A stretch of 64,000 nt of DNA from Eledone cirrhosa (GCA_964016885.1 OZ024743.1:57908001-57972000), one strand, 5' to 3'. Positions 28,555 through 42,309 are shown, counted from the first letter of the stretch. Notes: generated by a model from the sequence alone, not told the origin. Translations and numbers: made by a program.

Positions 28555-28886
28555 CAGCTTCGGTCACAAATGACTATGGGATTTACATCTACAAAGTTCC
28601 CCTCCAAGGCACAAGACCCAGCAATATTTTGTGTAGAAGACAAGCAGTCGCCCATGCATACCAGACTCCCCTCTCCACGCCATCAATGTTCTCCAAGGGA
28701 AAGGAGATGGACAATACAACTTGGCACCTATGACGTCGCAACTCATTTCTACAGCTGAGTAAACTGGAACAATGCGAAATAAAATGTCATGCTCAAGGAC
28801 ACAACGCATCTGCCTGTCAGAGAACCGAACCTCACTACACCCCGATTGCAAGCCTAATGCTCTAACTACTACGTCATGCGCCTTCA
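28555..28886 (-). mobile_element. Family S1 SINE
   Basis: Reverse complement of 73-420. Confidence 0.8.
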
Positions 28887-29204
28887 GGGTATACCCGTGT
28901 GAAATAGCCAACCATTTTCACGTTACTTCACAAGTTCTGTTGATCGAACAACTGAACACACATCGCCGCACGCGACGAAGGATCCCTCATAGTAAATATA
29001 CGATAACATATAATAACGTCTCTATGATGTACACTGTAGCCAGTTGAGTAAGCCAAGTGATATTACATAACACAGTATGTGTGTATCCATGATTAAATTT
29101 CTTATATATAAAGCTGGTCTTGCTGTGAAACTGATTCTGAGATGTAATAATATAACTTTTGATGTTATGAATGTTCTGGTAAAAGGTTGATTGAAAAACA
29201 CATT

Positions 29205-29585
29205 CATATATGCTTTAGTTCGTTTGACTCATTAGACTGCGGTCATGCTGGGGCACCACCTTTAAAGTATGTAGCAGTCGATTATATTTGCCCCGGTGTT
29301 ATTTTTTTAAAGTCTGGTAAATATTTTATCGTTCATTTATTTTATTTTATGTTTTGTACAACTGTAGAGTTATGGCACATGCACACAAATACAGATATAA
29401 ATGGAAAGAAGACATGGATACCCCCAACACAGACATATATTTGATTAAGATGAGCTTCCACGCAGTGTTTCTTTTCTAAATTCCACTCACAAGCAGTTGG
29501 TTAACCCAAGCCTATAGTATGAGACACCCAAGTTACCACACAGTGGGAGTGAACCCGAAAAAACATGCTTGCGAAACGAACACCA
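29205..29585 (-). mobile_element. tRNA-derived SINE with S3-like head
   Basis: Minus-strand B box GGGTTCACTCCCACTG; body shared with ~25090-25400 and ~17860-18000, which contain (CA)n tracts. Confidence 0.6.
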
Positions 29586-30104
29586 CTGGACATTTTATTA
29601 GTCCCTCGATTACAATAGGAAAGATATGAGCAGTGAAAGCATTCTAGAGGAGCAGGTTGAGCATTACATGTATGATGAGGAGAGGTGTGACGAATGAATT
29701 TGGCTGCTAGAGTAAAAATGATGGAGGCCGGTCAGCGCCAAGAAAGAGAGACCATTGTAGGTATAGTAGAAGAGAGAGAGAGAGAGAAGGAAGAGAGTGT
29801 GCGTACGATAGAGGTAGAAGGAGAAAGATGGAGAGTGAGGAGATCAATTCTGTAGTCTAGTAGCTGGTGTGCGCCTATGACTGATGTATGCCAATTAGGA
29901 GAGTGGATTTCTTTGTAAAATTAGTCCTGCATACTATATGATATGCCAACAGTGTAATTTAATATAATATGAGATATATGGATAAAACTGGTTGACGTTT
30001 GGCAGACAGCTTCCACAAGCACATCATAATGTTTTCTCGCAACACTTCTGCTCTTCCTAAAATATGTGGTTCACTATTTTAACTGTCTAAGCCATTCCCA
30101 TATA

Positions 30105-31248
30105 CACCCCTCTCTTTTCTCTCTTTCTCTCCTCTCCACCACTACACCCTCTCTTTCTCCTCTCCACCACTACTCCCCCCTCACCTCTCCACCACTACCC
30201 CCTCTCTCTCTCTCCTCTCCAACACTACTCCCCCCTCACCGCTCCACCACTACCCCCCTCTCTTTCTCCTCCCCCCCTCTCCTCTCCACCACTACTCCCT
30301 CTCTCTCCTCTCCACCACTGCCCCCTCTCTCTCCTCTCCACCACTACCCCCTCTCTCGCCTATCCACCACTACCCCCTCTCTCTCCTCTCCACCACTACC
30401 CCTCTCTCTCCTCTCCACCACTCCCCCCTCTCTCTCCTCTCCACCACTACCCCCTCTCTCTCCTCTCCACTACTACTCCTCCTCTCCTCTCCACCACTAC
30501 GCCATCTCTCTCCTCGCCACCACTACCCCCCCTCTCTCTCTCCTCGCCACCACTACTCCCCCTCTCTTCTCCACCACTACCCCTCTCTCTCCTCGCCACC
30601 ACTTCCCCCTCTCTCTCCTCTCCACCACTACCCCCTCTCTCTCTCCTCTGCACCACTACTCCCCCATCTCCTCTCCACCACTACCCCTCTCTCTCCTCTC
30701 CAACACTACCCCCATTCTCTCTCCTCCCCACCACTTCTCCCCCTCTCCTCTCCACCACTACCCTCTCTCTTTCCTCTCCAACACTACGCCCTCTCTCTCC
30801 TTTCCACCACTACCCCCTCTCTCTCTCTCCTCACCACCACTACTCCCCCCTCTCTTCTCCACCACTACCCCCTCTCTCCTCGCCACCACTACCCCCTCTC
30901 ACTCTCTTTTCCACCACTACCCCATCTCTCTCCTCGCCATCACTACCCCCTCTCTCTCCTCTCCAGCACTACCCCACTTCTCTCTCCTCTCCACCACTAC
31001 TTCCCCCTTTCCTCGCTACCACCACCCCCTCTCTATCCTCTCCACCACTACCCCCACCTCTTTCTCCTCTCCACCACTACCCCTCTTAACTCTCCTTGCT
31101 ACCACTACCTCTCTCTTTCCGCTCTACCACTAACCCCCCTCTCTCTCCTCTCCACTACTAACCACCCTCTCTCTCATCTCCACCACCCACCCCCCTCTCT
31201 CTCCTCTCCACCACTACCCCCCCCCCCCCCACCTCTCTCTCTCTCTCA
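30105..31248. repeat. Pyrimidine-rich minisatellite, ~24-27 bp unit CTCCTCTCCACCACTACCCCCTCT
   Basis: Direct reading, about 40 degenerate units. Confidence 0.93.
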
Positions 31249-31388
31249 GATTTATTCAGAAAAAAGAAACAAATTCTACAAGGCTACTTGTTGAAAGTAT
31301 TGACTAACAACATGCAAGGCGGAGCAATCCAATCTAAACCCTTCTTCCTAGTATCTTATCCACCCCTCTCTCTATCTCTATATATATA

Positions 31389-31473
<85 letters not shown>

Positions 31474-31528
31474 ATTTATATATATATATATTTATATATA
31501 TATATATGTGTGTATATATATGTATGTA

Positions 31529-31635
31529 TATATATTTTATCAAATGACTCTATGGACATATTGTATAATGCTCTGATTGTTGATTACTTAATTAATTAAT
31601 TCGACATTGAGCCACATCGTGAATGGTTGCCAAAA

Positions 31636-31703
<68 letters not shown>

Positions 31704-32874
31704 CTTTGTCTAGTTTGTGTATATGTAAATCTTTATATTTGATAATGTCCCATATGGTTGAGATGCAATTTAGGCAATATTAGGCTGCGCTTTCTAGCAA
31801 CCAGCCCACTCGCCGTAAGGCACCAATCACATTCTTTCTAACTTGACCACTGTCACGTCACATTTTGAATTCGTTTCTGGCGGGGATCAATTAAGAAAAA
31901 TCTTCGTCCAAGTGAGTTTGTTTCCTGATGATTTCGAAGCTCGTGAATTTATCCTTGATCGGATATTTCAAAAAGTGAATGAAACCCCATGGGGTAGAAA
32001 CGAAATTTTGGTATGTTTATATACATTTTTTCTTCTAACTTTGATTTTATACTAATTGTATATGGTTAACGATATATTTAATCGATTTCCACGTGCTACT
32101 GAAATGCTGGGTAAATATTCTATAGTTATTGATCGCGAATAGATGGATGTCGTTTATTTATCTATTATTTCTTCATAGGTGCCTTTTAATCTTATAGCCT
32201 GGTTTAATTGGGTTTTTTTGTGTGGTTGATTATGTTGATTGGGAGAGGTGATGGTGTATATATTTTATCAAATGATTCTATGGACATACTTTATTGTATA
32301 TGTTCTGATTGTTGATTATTTAATTAATTAATTCGTCATTGAGCCACATCGTGAATGGTTGCCAAAAACACACATATATATACCTATGATTTTGTCTAGT
32401 TTGTGTATATGTAAATCTTTATATTTGATAATCTCCCATATGGTTGAGTTGCAATTTAGGCAATATTAGGCTGCGCTTTCTCGCAACCAGCCCACTCGCC
32501 GTAAGGCACCAATCACATTCTTTCTGACTTGACCACTGCCACGTCACAGTTCTTAGCCATTTTGAATTCGTTTCTAGCGGGGATCATTTAAGAAAAATCT
32601 TCGTCCAAGTGAGTTTGTTTCCTGATGATTTCGAAGCTCGTGAATTTATCCTTGATCGGTTATTTCCAAAAGGGAATGAAACCCCATGGGGTAGAAACGA
32701 AATTTTGGTATGTTTATATACATTTTTTCTTCTAACTTTGAGTTTATACTAATTGTGTATGGTTGACGATATATTTAATCGATTTCCACGTTCTACTGAA
32801 ATGCTGGGTAAATATTCTATAGCTCTTGATCGCGAATAGATGGCTGTCGTTTATTTATCTATTATTTCTTCATA
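31529..32874. repeat. Direct duplication of ~620-650 bp (31529-32178 / 32257-32874)
   Basis: Both units run from TATATATTTTATCAAATGA to TTTCTTCATAG with high identity. Confidence 0.9.
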
Positions 32875-32963
32875 GCATGTAATACATACATCAAAATGCA
32901 ACCCTCTTAGAGAGACAGAGAGTGAAAGAGACAGATTAGGAAACTCCACGCACACACATATCT

Positions 32964-33037
<74 letters not shown>

Positions 33038-33131
33038 GGACGGGCAAGAAGGTAATACATACATCTAAAATCATTTGGATATAAATATCATAATATAATG
33101 GTTGCAGAACGAAAATACAGACAAATATAAT

Positions 33132-33270
33132 AATTGTTTCTACTTTTGGCACAAGGCCAGCAATTATCCCACTGTATTACTGGTACTTTATTTTATCGAC
33201 CCCGTAAGGATGAAAGGCAAAGTTAACCTCGGCGGGATTTGAACTCTGAATATAAAGGGCCATAACTCTT
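33132..33270 (-). mobile_element. 5'-truncated family S2 SINE
   Basis: Reverse complement of the S2 3' two-thirds. Confidence 0.85.
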
Positions 33271-33428
33271 TGATATAATAATGTATGTATACCACCACTC
33301 TTTGATATAATAATGTATATATACACACACACACACACACACAAATAAACATACTTTCACACCTGATTTCGCCAATTGCCGGAACACATCAAAACAAAAC
33401 ACACAGACACACACACACATCTATACTT

Positions 33429-33460
<32 letters not shown>

Positions 33461-33474
33461 TGTATGTATGTATG

Positions 33475-33505
<31 letters not shown>

Positions 33506-33614
33506 GATCATTCTCCCTCTCTATAATTTAACTGCTTTACTCTCTCTGTCGCTCTTCACTCTCTATATGACAACACTGTTTTAGTTTCCGTATCTCCCTG
33601 CAATATATACACAC

Positions 33615-33686
<72 letters not shown>

Positions 33687-33807
33687 GGAAAATTACATAC
33701 ACACATCTACAGAGAGAGACAGAAAAACAGAGGGAGGGGAAAAGAAGAGATAGGTCGTTAGACAGAGAGAGATACAATTAAAGTGTTAGTTATTCAGAGA
33801 GAGAGAT

Positions 33808-33861
<54 letters not shown>

Positions 33862-34021
33862 TGAAGGACAATGTGACACGAGAGGGTGTGTGGTATCTTT
33901 GTAGTGGAGTGGTGGAGGCAGGTATACCTAGCCGGCCGCCAGCCGGACGGGCCAAGTGTGTATATATATCATTCAAAATATTAACAAATGAAGATATTCA
34001 CATAATATATGCTTTATTATA

Positions 34022-34660
34022 TACTAGCAGTGGTACGCGGCGTTGCACGGGATAAGGTAATTAGGAACACGGGCCGCCAACAGACCTAAGCGTGGAAAAA
34101 CTGCATGCGTGGATAATATGTAAAGAAAATAAACCGACTGCATGCGTGGATAATATGTAAATAAAATAAACCGAATACTCTGATGGCTGGATAATCTTTA
34201 ACATTTTCCTCGATGAAACAGGAAAAATGCAGGTTTTCACCTAATGCGGGCCCTAGGGGATCAAGAAAATGAATTTTTTTTTATCTGCATAATATGCCTT
34301 GAAATTTCGGGAAAATCGGCTAGACGTAAAGCCTCAAAAAAGCCCTAAAAAGCTGAAAAAATGAAGTTTTTCACCTAATGCCATAAAAAAGTTGGATTTT
34401 CTTTGCTCACGGTATGTAGAGACTGACTAATACATAGTAACAATTTCAAGGAAATCAGTCTGACGTAACGACTCAAAGAAACCCCCAAAACCTGAAAAAA
34501 CGCAGTTTTTCAACTAATGCGGGCCCTAGGGGATCAAAAAGTTGAATTTTTTATGTGCATAAATACTCACTGAAACATAAGTAATACACATGTAAAGGTT
34601 GAACAAAGTCGGTTGGGTACTTCTCGAGTTTTAGGGATTCAAACTCACAGACGCACACAC
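34022..34660 (+). mobile_element. Non-autonomous Helitron/Helentron-like element (putative)
   Basis: Starts TACTAGCAG...CGCGGCGTTGCACGGG hairpin; internal 38 bp and ~135 bp tandem repeats with AAAATCGG motifs; ends in ACAGAC/CA repeats. Confidence 0.5.
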
Positions 34661-37153
34661 GCACTTTGCTCGGTTGTTCGGGGAAAGTGGCGAGTCAGAG
34701 AGAGTAGCGGATTCCCGTCCCTACTTTGACGGCTTGGCGCGCATCTCGACGGTCGACGCTGATCGCTGCGAAAGGCCGATTACTTCAGCCGAAATTCAGG
34801 ACGCTCTTGTCGGCTGCATGAGGCGCAAGTCACCCGGTTTGGATGGCCTGCCCTACGAGATTTACGTAAATATGCCAGACTTGTTCTCCGATCTCCTCGA
34901 AGCACTCTACTGTAACTGGCAGCAGAATGGGAGTATTTCCAGTTCTGTGAGCAGGGGAGTGGTGACGCTGATAAGGAAAGACGAGAACATGAGGGATACC
35001 TTAGACAACTTCAGGCCCATAACTCTGCTCAACACAGAGTTTAAGATTTTGGCCAAGGTGTTAGCAAAAAGATTGGCGCTTGTCGTCGAGGATTTGGTTG
35101 GGGAGGCGCAATCTTGCCAGGTCCATACACAACAATCTCCACTTCATGCGATACATCATAGAGAGGCTAGGGTGTAAACCTGGCTTCGGTGGGGCACTGA
35201 TCAATTTAGATCAATCGAAAGCATTCGATGGGGTCGACCATCGGTATCTGGAGTTCCTCTTCAAAGCAGCTGGCATCGGACGTCTTCAGAAGCTGGATCT
35301 CTGCAATGCACAGCGGCACACGCTCGGTGGTCAAGTTTATGGCCACCTCTCGGAACTATTTCGGTTCTCCCGATCGGTCCGTCAAGGGTGCCCTCTCTCT
35401 TCCCTTCTGTATGTATTGACTCTCGAGCCTTTACTGCGGAAGCTGGAGCTGTTGCAAGACATCCCGCTCGAACCGGGACGTGGAAAGGCGGTGTCGGCTT
35501 ATGCGGACAACATCACCGTGATGGTCTCCAACACCTCAGAAATAGAGGTGGTTGGCACCTTATTGAAGGAACATGAAAGGTTTACATTAGCCAAACTTAA
35601 CCCGGAAAAGTCAGTGGGCTTGCAGCTCGGAACCTGGAGAGGCACGCCCATGCCGTCCAACAGCGTCGTGGGGCGCTGGATGGACGGACCGGTAAAGTTG
35701 CTCGGGGTTTGGTTCGGACCAGACCTCCAGGTGGAAAATAATTGGTACGAGGTAACGAGCAGAGTAGCCAGTCTCACCCAAAAATGGGCTGGGAGGAAGC
35801 TATCACTGAAAGGTCGTGCGGAGGTGGTGAATGTGTACATCGCGTCCGTCATCTACTACCGCCTGACCGTCGTGCCTTGCTCCCGTCCGCACCTCTTCAA
35901 GTTGGAACGGCTCCTCTTCAAATTCTTGTGGAGGGGACAAGTTTCGTATGTGAAGCGGTACATCTACGCGGAGGGCTAGGCATGCCGTGGCTAATGATGC
36001 GCAGACATGCGTTGAGGCTGCGACATCTCCAGATATTCTGCCTAAACGGTGAACAGGTGTGGTTGCCGTTTATAAGACGGGCCTTTCCGCAGCTCGTTTC
36101 TTTGACTGAGTTGCAGTCCTGGGTCAAGAAGAGACCGAGATTAGGTGACTGGCACCTGGAATATTGCCAGGAACTCACTGCCTTATACCAAGCGAGCAAT
36201 GCGATCAGTGGAACTTCCACTCTCGAGTTCTATAGAGGATTAGTAGTGGGCAAGTGCGATGATGCATTCGGAGAAGCTTTGGGCCTCGACGAAGTCGAAC
36301 TGACCAGTCTGTACCGGAGGCCTTTGGAGCCGGGAACGATGGATAATTTCCAGAAATCCCTCACTTGGCAGTGCTACCGGGGGAGCACTGCCGGTTCGGG
36401 GTAAACTCTACAGGCACGGAAGTGCTGTCAGACAGACCTGCCCAAGATGCGCACAGATCAACGAAACCGTTCTGCACGCACTTGTCCAATGTCCGTGCAT
36501 TACTTACTTGTGGAGTTATGTCGAACAGCTACTGTCGAGTGTGGAACGAATCCGGCTATCGGCCGAGTCCATAGTGAAGATCGACCCGCCGGCTTCTTTA
36601 GGTCAGGAAGAGCAGGACATTTTCCTCTGTCTGGTGGCAGTTGCGAAAGAGGTTATATGGTGGACCAGATTAAAAGGACTGAAGACAGACACTTTTCTCT
36701 TCGGCCAATCCCTCATCAACTTCTTCAAGTTTCAACTGGAAAGGAAGGTGGGGGTGGAGAGAGAAGTGTCCCCCCCCCCAGTACATTTGCTAAAAGGTGG
36801 ATCAATGTGGTGAGAATGGCTCGTGTGAATGGGCCTACTCTGACCATGCGCCTATAGGCTAGCTAACTTGAGGAGAGCGGTGCTCTCCCTGGGTGCCCTA
36901 GAAGCGCAGGGTGGTTCAGGATTGGTGGGGTACCCGAGTCACCCCAGGGTCGTCCACCCCCTATCTGGGATTTTATTTTGTTATATTTATGGATAGTTTA
37001 TTTTATATTTTTTATATCTTCATTATTATATTAGTCTTGCCATTGTGCACTTTTACTCGACCTTATTGTAAACCCCCACTCTCCCTGTCTTTGTATTGTC
37101 CCCTACATGTCGGCCCTTGTGGCTAATAAATGAAATCATTATTATTATTATTA
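34661..37153 (+). mobile_element. Tx1/L1-group LINE, 5'-truncated, frameshifted
   Basis: KSPGLDGLP, RPITLLNTEFKILAK, LDQSKAFD, QGCPLS, YADNI; 3' UTR, AATAAA and (ATT)n tail match the other copies. Confidence 0.93.
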
Positions 37154-37698
37154 TATATATGGCTCCGTTAATTTATCCTGATATTTCGTTCCTTATAACA
37201 ATCTTTCCTCTCTCTCTCTTATTGGTTGAGCACATCTCTCTGAGTGGTTTTTGGGCTGCCCTTTCTAGCAGCTCCTCCCTCAGATACCACTGGTTCACTG
37301 CCCTACGCACGCTGTCACATCTCTCTGCCGCGTGTTGCTGGACGGCTGTCTTAGATTTTCTTAGAGTTGTGTGGAATGTATTTGTCTTGCACGCGCTGAT
37401 GACCCATAGGCGACTCCATTTCAGTCAACAACCTTTTGGCGAAGCAGATCTCTTTGTATTTGTACGCTTGTGTTATATAGTTATAGAGGTGCGTATATGC
37501 ATTTTAATTTGTATTTTTAATTATTGTGTATCTACCCTGTCTTCCATAGGTTATAGATTCCATACACTGGTGGCTCCCCTGTTTTATTGATGGCACACAC
37601 ACTCTCTCTCTCAACATATTGTATTTTAAAGAGGTCAGGATTCCTTTTCCTTTGAGCACGTAATTTACAGGGAATAACGAGGGTCTATGGCTCCGTTA

Positions 37699-37756
<58 letters not shown>

Positions 37757-37760
<4 letters not shown>

Positions 37761-38250
37761 GAAAAAGTGGAGAATAACATAGTCAACAGTACAAAAAAGG
37801 GGATTTATCTACAGTTTAACAATTGTTTCACTGATAAAAATGTTTAAAAATTGTGAACACGAGAAGCAGTGCCACTCAATTTTAAATACGATGTTAATTC
37901 GATCAGATCTTCGGAAACAGTTTCTGACGATCTGATCGAACTAACATCGTATTTAAAATTGAGTGGCACTGCTTCTAGTGTTCAGCAATTTTTAGACATC
38001 TTTATCAGTGAAACAATTGTTAGACTCTAAATAAATCCCCTTTTTTGTACTGTTGACCATGTTATTCTCCACTTTTTCAATTTTATTACTCCAAGATAAA
38101 CTTACATAGAAATACAAGTGAAATAATAAACTCGTCATCTACGTAAACCTCTTGTTTAGTCAAACAACACCGTACGCTAAAACTATCCATAATAAGAAGT
38201 ATTCACAACCTCTAAGTGGATTACCTATAACGATATTTCGTTATACCTTA
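37757..38250 (+). mobile_element. Fold-back PLE pseudo-LTR derivative (family C)
   Basis: ~160 bp inverted arms 37757-37917 / 37921-38082 with a ~3 nt loop; right arm extends ~165 nt; between (TA)n and (CA)n. Confidence 0.82.
37917..38027 (+). ncRNA. Type I hammerhead motif with ~80 nt stem II region
   Basis: acagttt-CTGACGA-t-ctgat...atcag-t-GAAAC-AATT-GTT-agact; the opposite arm gives aaactgt, a 7 bp stem I. Confidence 0.75.
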
Positions 38251-38275
38251 TACACACACACACACACACACACAT

Positions 38276-40121
38276 AGACGCCATAGTAAAAGGGGTATCC
38301 AAACGCGTATCCACACTGTCGGCTAGCGCAGATGTGTTTAAACAGCACGCCGACTATTATAATGAGGCACTGCGCAGGGCCAGTTACACAGAAGCCATAG
38401 TGTACACCCTGGACAGGGAAGGGCCAAACGGCGAGGCACCCGGATATGAGGATAGCAATAGTACTACCAAAGGTAGATAGTACAACCCGGAATTAGCATC
38501 TAGGAATAGGAGTAGCAGTATAGATTACCGCAAGGACGCAAGACTGACACTAAGACAGACGAAGACACACGCGGATGGCAGACCACGCAGTACACGCAGA
38601 CAGAATCCCGGCACGGACACAATACGCGACGCGGACACTAGAACTAGAGACAGGGTAAAGACAGGTAAGGACGTGAGACCAGGTAGAAGTAACACCCGGA
38701 TCAGTAGCAATGAAATAGCGCCGACAACAGCACCAGATAGCATTAACGGGACAACCAGTAGAGCCGACAATATAGAACGGAATACTTCAGTAAGCGAACG
38801 GCGTAACGCCGACGCACACGGTAGATATATAGATAGCGGCAACATAGAGGACGAAATAGCGGGGAGACACAAGCCGAGACGGACACCTGACCCAACACAC
38901 ATTGCCACTACTACACATAGACGTCGGAATAGGACAAGGTCTAACAGCGTTTAACGCGCCCTATTCGAAGCATGTATGCAGCAATGTGCCAGGCCTCTTC
39001 TTCCAAGGGTTAGACGAGTGCTTACCGCCGTCGAGCAGGTACCACAGGATATTCAACCGTCACACGGTGAAGTTCTCCTTCTCCACCGCACCTAACATGG
39101 CAGACTACATGACCAAAACCAACGCGGTGAAGTTGGGGAAATTCGATCATCAACAGCGGCGGGCGACTGACGGTCACGCGACGCACAGAGAGCCCCTTGG
39201 AAACAGAGTCTCCAACTATACTACAATTCCAGAGGCGGCTGCCATGCCCGCGGAAGACGGTGCAATCGAATGCTGGGCGGGACCGAGTGACGGAGCGGCG
39301 GAGTGTGTGTGTGTAGACGTATTTGTGTATACGCGTGTGTGGGCGTGTATATATATACATGTATGCGTATGTGTGTATGTATGCATATGCATGTGCAGAT
39401 GTGCATATGTGTGTACGTAAATGTATGTATGTGTATATATATCTGTGAGTGTATGTGTATGTATATGTACGGATGCGTACGTGTGTGTGTGTGTGCATGT
39501 ATATATATGCGTGTGTGTGTGTCTGTGTATACACGCGCGTGCGTGCGTGTATACACACGAGAGTATACGTGTGTGCCTCTCTGGTTGCATATATGCGTAT
39601 ATTTGTGGGACTATTTCTGTGTGTGAACGTAAGCACACAAGCTACTCTGTATGTATCTGTCAGTATCTGTGTATGTGTGTGTGTGTGCGAGTGGGAGTGT
39701 GAGCTGACAAATAACAGTAATGTTGCCGACGGGACAATGGATGAGTGACAGCTCACGCCCTGACCGTCAGCGGGCTGCTACAAGTGGTCAGAATAATGAT
39801 GACGTTACTAACAAGTGACCAAACCAAGGACACGCAAAGCGGATGAAGTTGGACGATATAGGCTTGTAGGGCCAGAAAACCCCAGAAAGAGGATATGATC
39901 CGAAATCAATAGACGTGTCCGAGGAACCTGTGAGTCTAGAGTCAGGTCGATCCACACATGGTCGCACCTCGCGCTGTTCGCCGGGGAAACAATTGTAACA
40001 CACAATAAATTGAGTTCCGATGCATCACTGATTTTTCGTTTTCCATTCTATAATACTCTGCTCCGTCGGAGCATAGAGTGCTCAACCGGCATACTGCCCA
40101 TGGAAGCATCTTAGCTACCTT

Positions 40122-40122
<1 letters not shown>
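38276..40122 (+). mobile_element. 5'-truncated PLE: RT thumb and linker, no GIY-YIG domain seen
   Basis: KGVSKRVSTLSASADVF...YYNEALRRASY; FNAPYS...RYHRIFNRHTVKFSFSTAPN, homologous to 46074-46825; (CA)n both sides; hammerhead half GAAAC-AATT-GTA at ~39986. Confidence 0.75.
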
Positions 40123-40166
<44 letters not shown>

Positions 40167-40218
40167 TCCAGGAATAGAGGTCGAAACGGCTTGAGCCCTT
40201 TCGTCGGGGTTAAAAATG

Positions 40219-40287
<69 letters not shown>

Positions 40288-40289
<2 letters not shown>

Positions 40290-40421
40290 CGAAGGAATTG
40301 TGGTAAGGAACCAGATGGACCATAAGGCACCAGAATACTCAATACTTAGGGTAGTAGAGTGGGTAATAGGAAAAAGCCGTCGAAACGGCTTGAGCTCTGC
40401 CGTCGGGGTCATACTTTTTCC
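40288..40421. mobile_element. Miniature family A derivative
   Basis: Inverted tail joined to hammerhead 3' half GAAACGGC..GCCGTCGGGGTCATAC; TA tracts both sides. Confidence 0.8.
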
Positions 40422-40691
40422 TATATATATATATAGGAAAACTTGAACCATTCAGGTATATTTTCCTTGGTTATGTCAAAATTTATAAAACACGCTTCGT
40501 ATATTATCTGATGATAGTGTACCAAAGTTTTGGTACCTTTGACATATAATAGAATAAATATGGTTTTATAAATATAGTTTCCATTTATTTAATATCATTG
40601 AATATTATACTCCTGAAAACTTGTCGAGTGCTCTGAATCAGTTATAAACATTTATTTTGTTGAATTACCAACAAATTGAATATCCCTTCTG

Positions 40692-40755
<64 letters not shown>

Positions 40756-41206
40756 TTGCTGAACACACAGGTCGAAACTGCTTGGGGCCACGGTCGGGAT
40801 TTTACACATTTATCATATTATACACATCACCGGCATTATCCCTATACTCACAAATACACGCAGCCGCCACCACCACCACCACCACCACAACTACTACCAC
40901 CACCACTACCAACACAACTACTACCACTACCACCACCAACACAACTACTATAACCACCACCACCACCACTACTACCAACAACAACAACTACAACAGCATT
41001 ATGCAGTAGTTCAATGTAAAATGCCAAGAAGAAACAGTATGCTGCGCTGTATGTTGTGGTTAAACTGTGACAGTGATAGTCATCTCTCTCACTTAACGTT
41101 GCTATAGAAACGATCTCGTGTGTGTTAGTGGGGGTGCGGGGGGTGGGGGGTGAGTAGTGACTGGGTGGTGGCGGTAGAGGAACATGAACAACAGGCAAGA
41201 ATAATA

Positions 41207-41239
<33 letters not shown>

Positions 41240-41275
41240 CGGGGTAGCAAACCATGTCAATCTTCTTTCCTGATT

Positions 41276-41329
<54 letters not shown>

Positions 41330-41400
41330 TGCATACACATAGACACACAAACCTATATGTGTATGTGTTTATATATATATCATGCATACAAATATACACA

Positions 41401-41462
<62 letters not shown>

Positions 41463-41764
41463 TATAGCAGAGTATAACAGTTTTAATATAGATGAGATTC
41501 TACAGGACTAGAACTGTTTCATTCATTAGAAATCATATATATGTGTGTGTGTAGTGTGTACGTATATTTGTGTGTGTTGCGTTTGTATGTGTGTATGTAT
41601 ACATATGTATCATGCATATGACGTATCATGCATAACATGTATATGCATATATGTGCGTGTATATACATATATATGTACAATATATGCATCATATAAGTAC
41701 ACAGGCATATGCATGAAGGTGCACACACACACATACACACGCACACATACACACACACACACAT

Positions 41765-41835
<71 letters not shown>

Positions 41836-42185
41836 CATAAATATATATATAAAAAGAGAGACTAGAAGAGGGATAGTGTGAGAGAAAGAGAGAGTGATAG
41901 AGAACGGGGCGGGGGGAGATTTAGATAGACTGATTGAAGATCAGCGTTCAAAGATCAAAGAAATGTGTGTGTGACATAAATAAGAGAACGACGTGAGTTC
42001 TATTGCCTTATATGGATGTGTTATTAGTGAGCCAGCGGGGTGGGGTAAACTGTAAAATCTCTGATAATACTATAACTTAATTGATGCCCTCGTGGAATTG
42101 GTCAAGCTTTTACAGAGGATTAGGTCATCATTGAGTCCTCTGAGTCACACAATAGGGATTTAGCTCAATCACATATATTATATAC

Positions 42186-42245
<60 letters not shown>

Positions 42246-42248
<3 letters not shown>

Positions 42249-42308
42249 AACCAGTAAGACCCCTTTGGTGCGTTATGGTCCACCTGGTTCCTTACCACAT
42301 TTCCTTCG

Positions 42309-42309
<1 letters not shown>
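42246..42309. mobile_element. ~65 bp minimal family A derivative
   Basis: AGGAACCAGTAAGACCC (inverted arm end) joined to tail GGTGCGTTATGGTCC...TTCCTTCGT within (TA)n. Confidence 0.7.

Noticed and set aside
30066-31133. 355 aa Ser/Pro/Thr/Leu-rich ORF resembling a mucin or extensin
   Set aside because: Minisatellite with indels that shift phase; open only because G is nearly absent.
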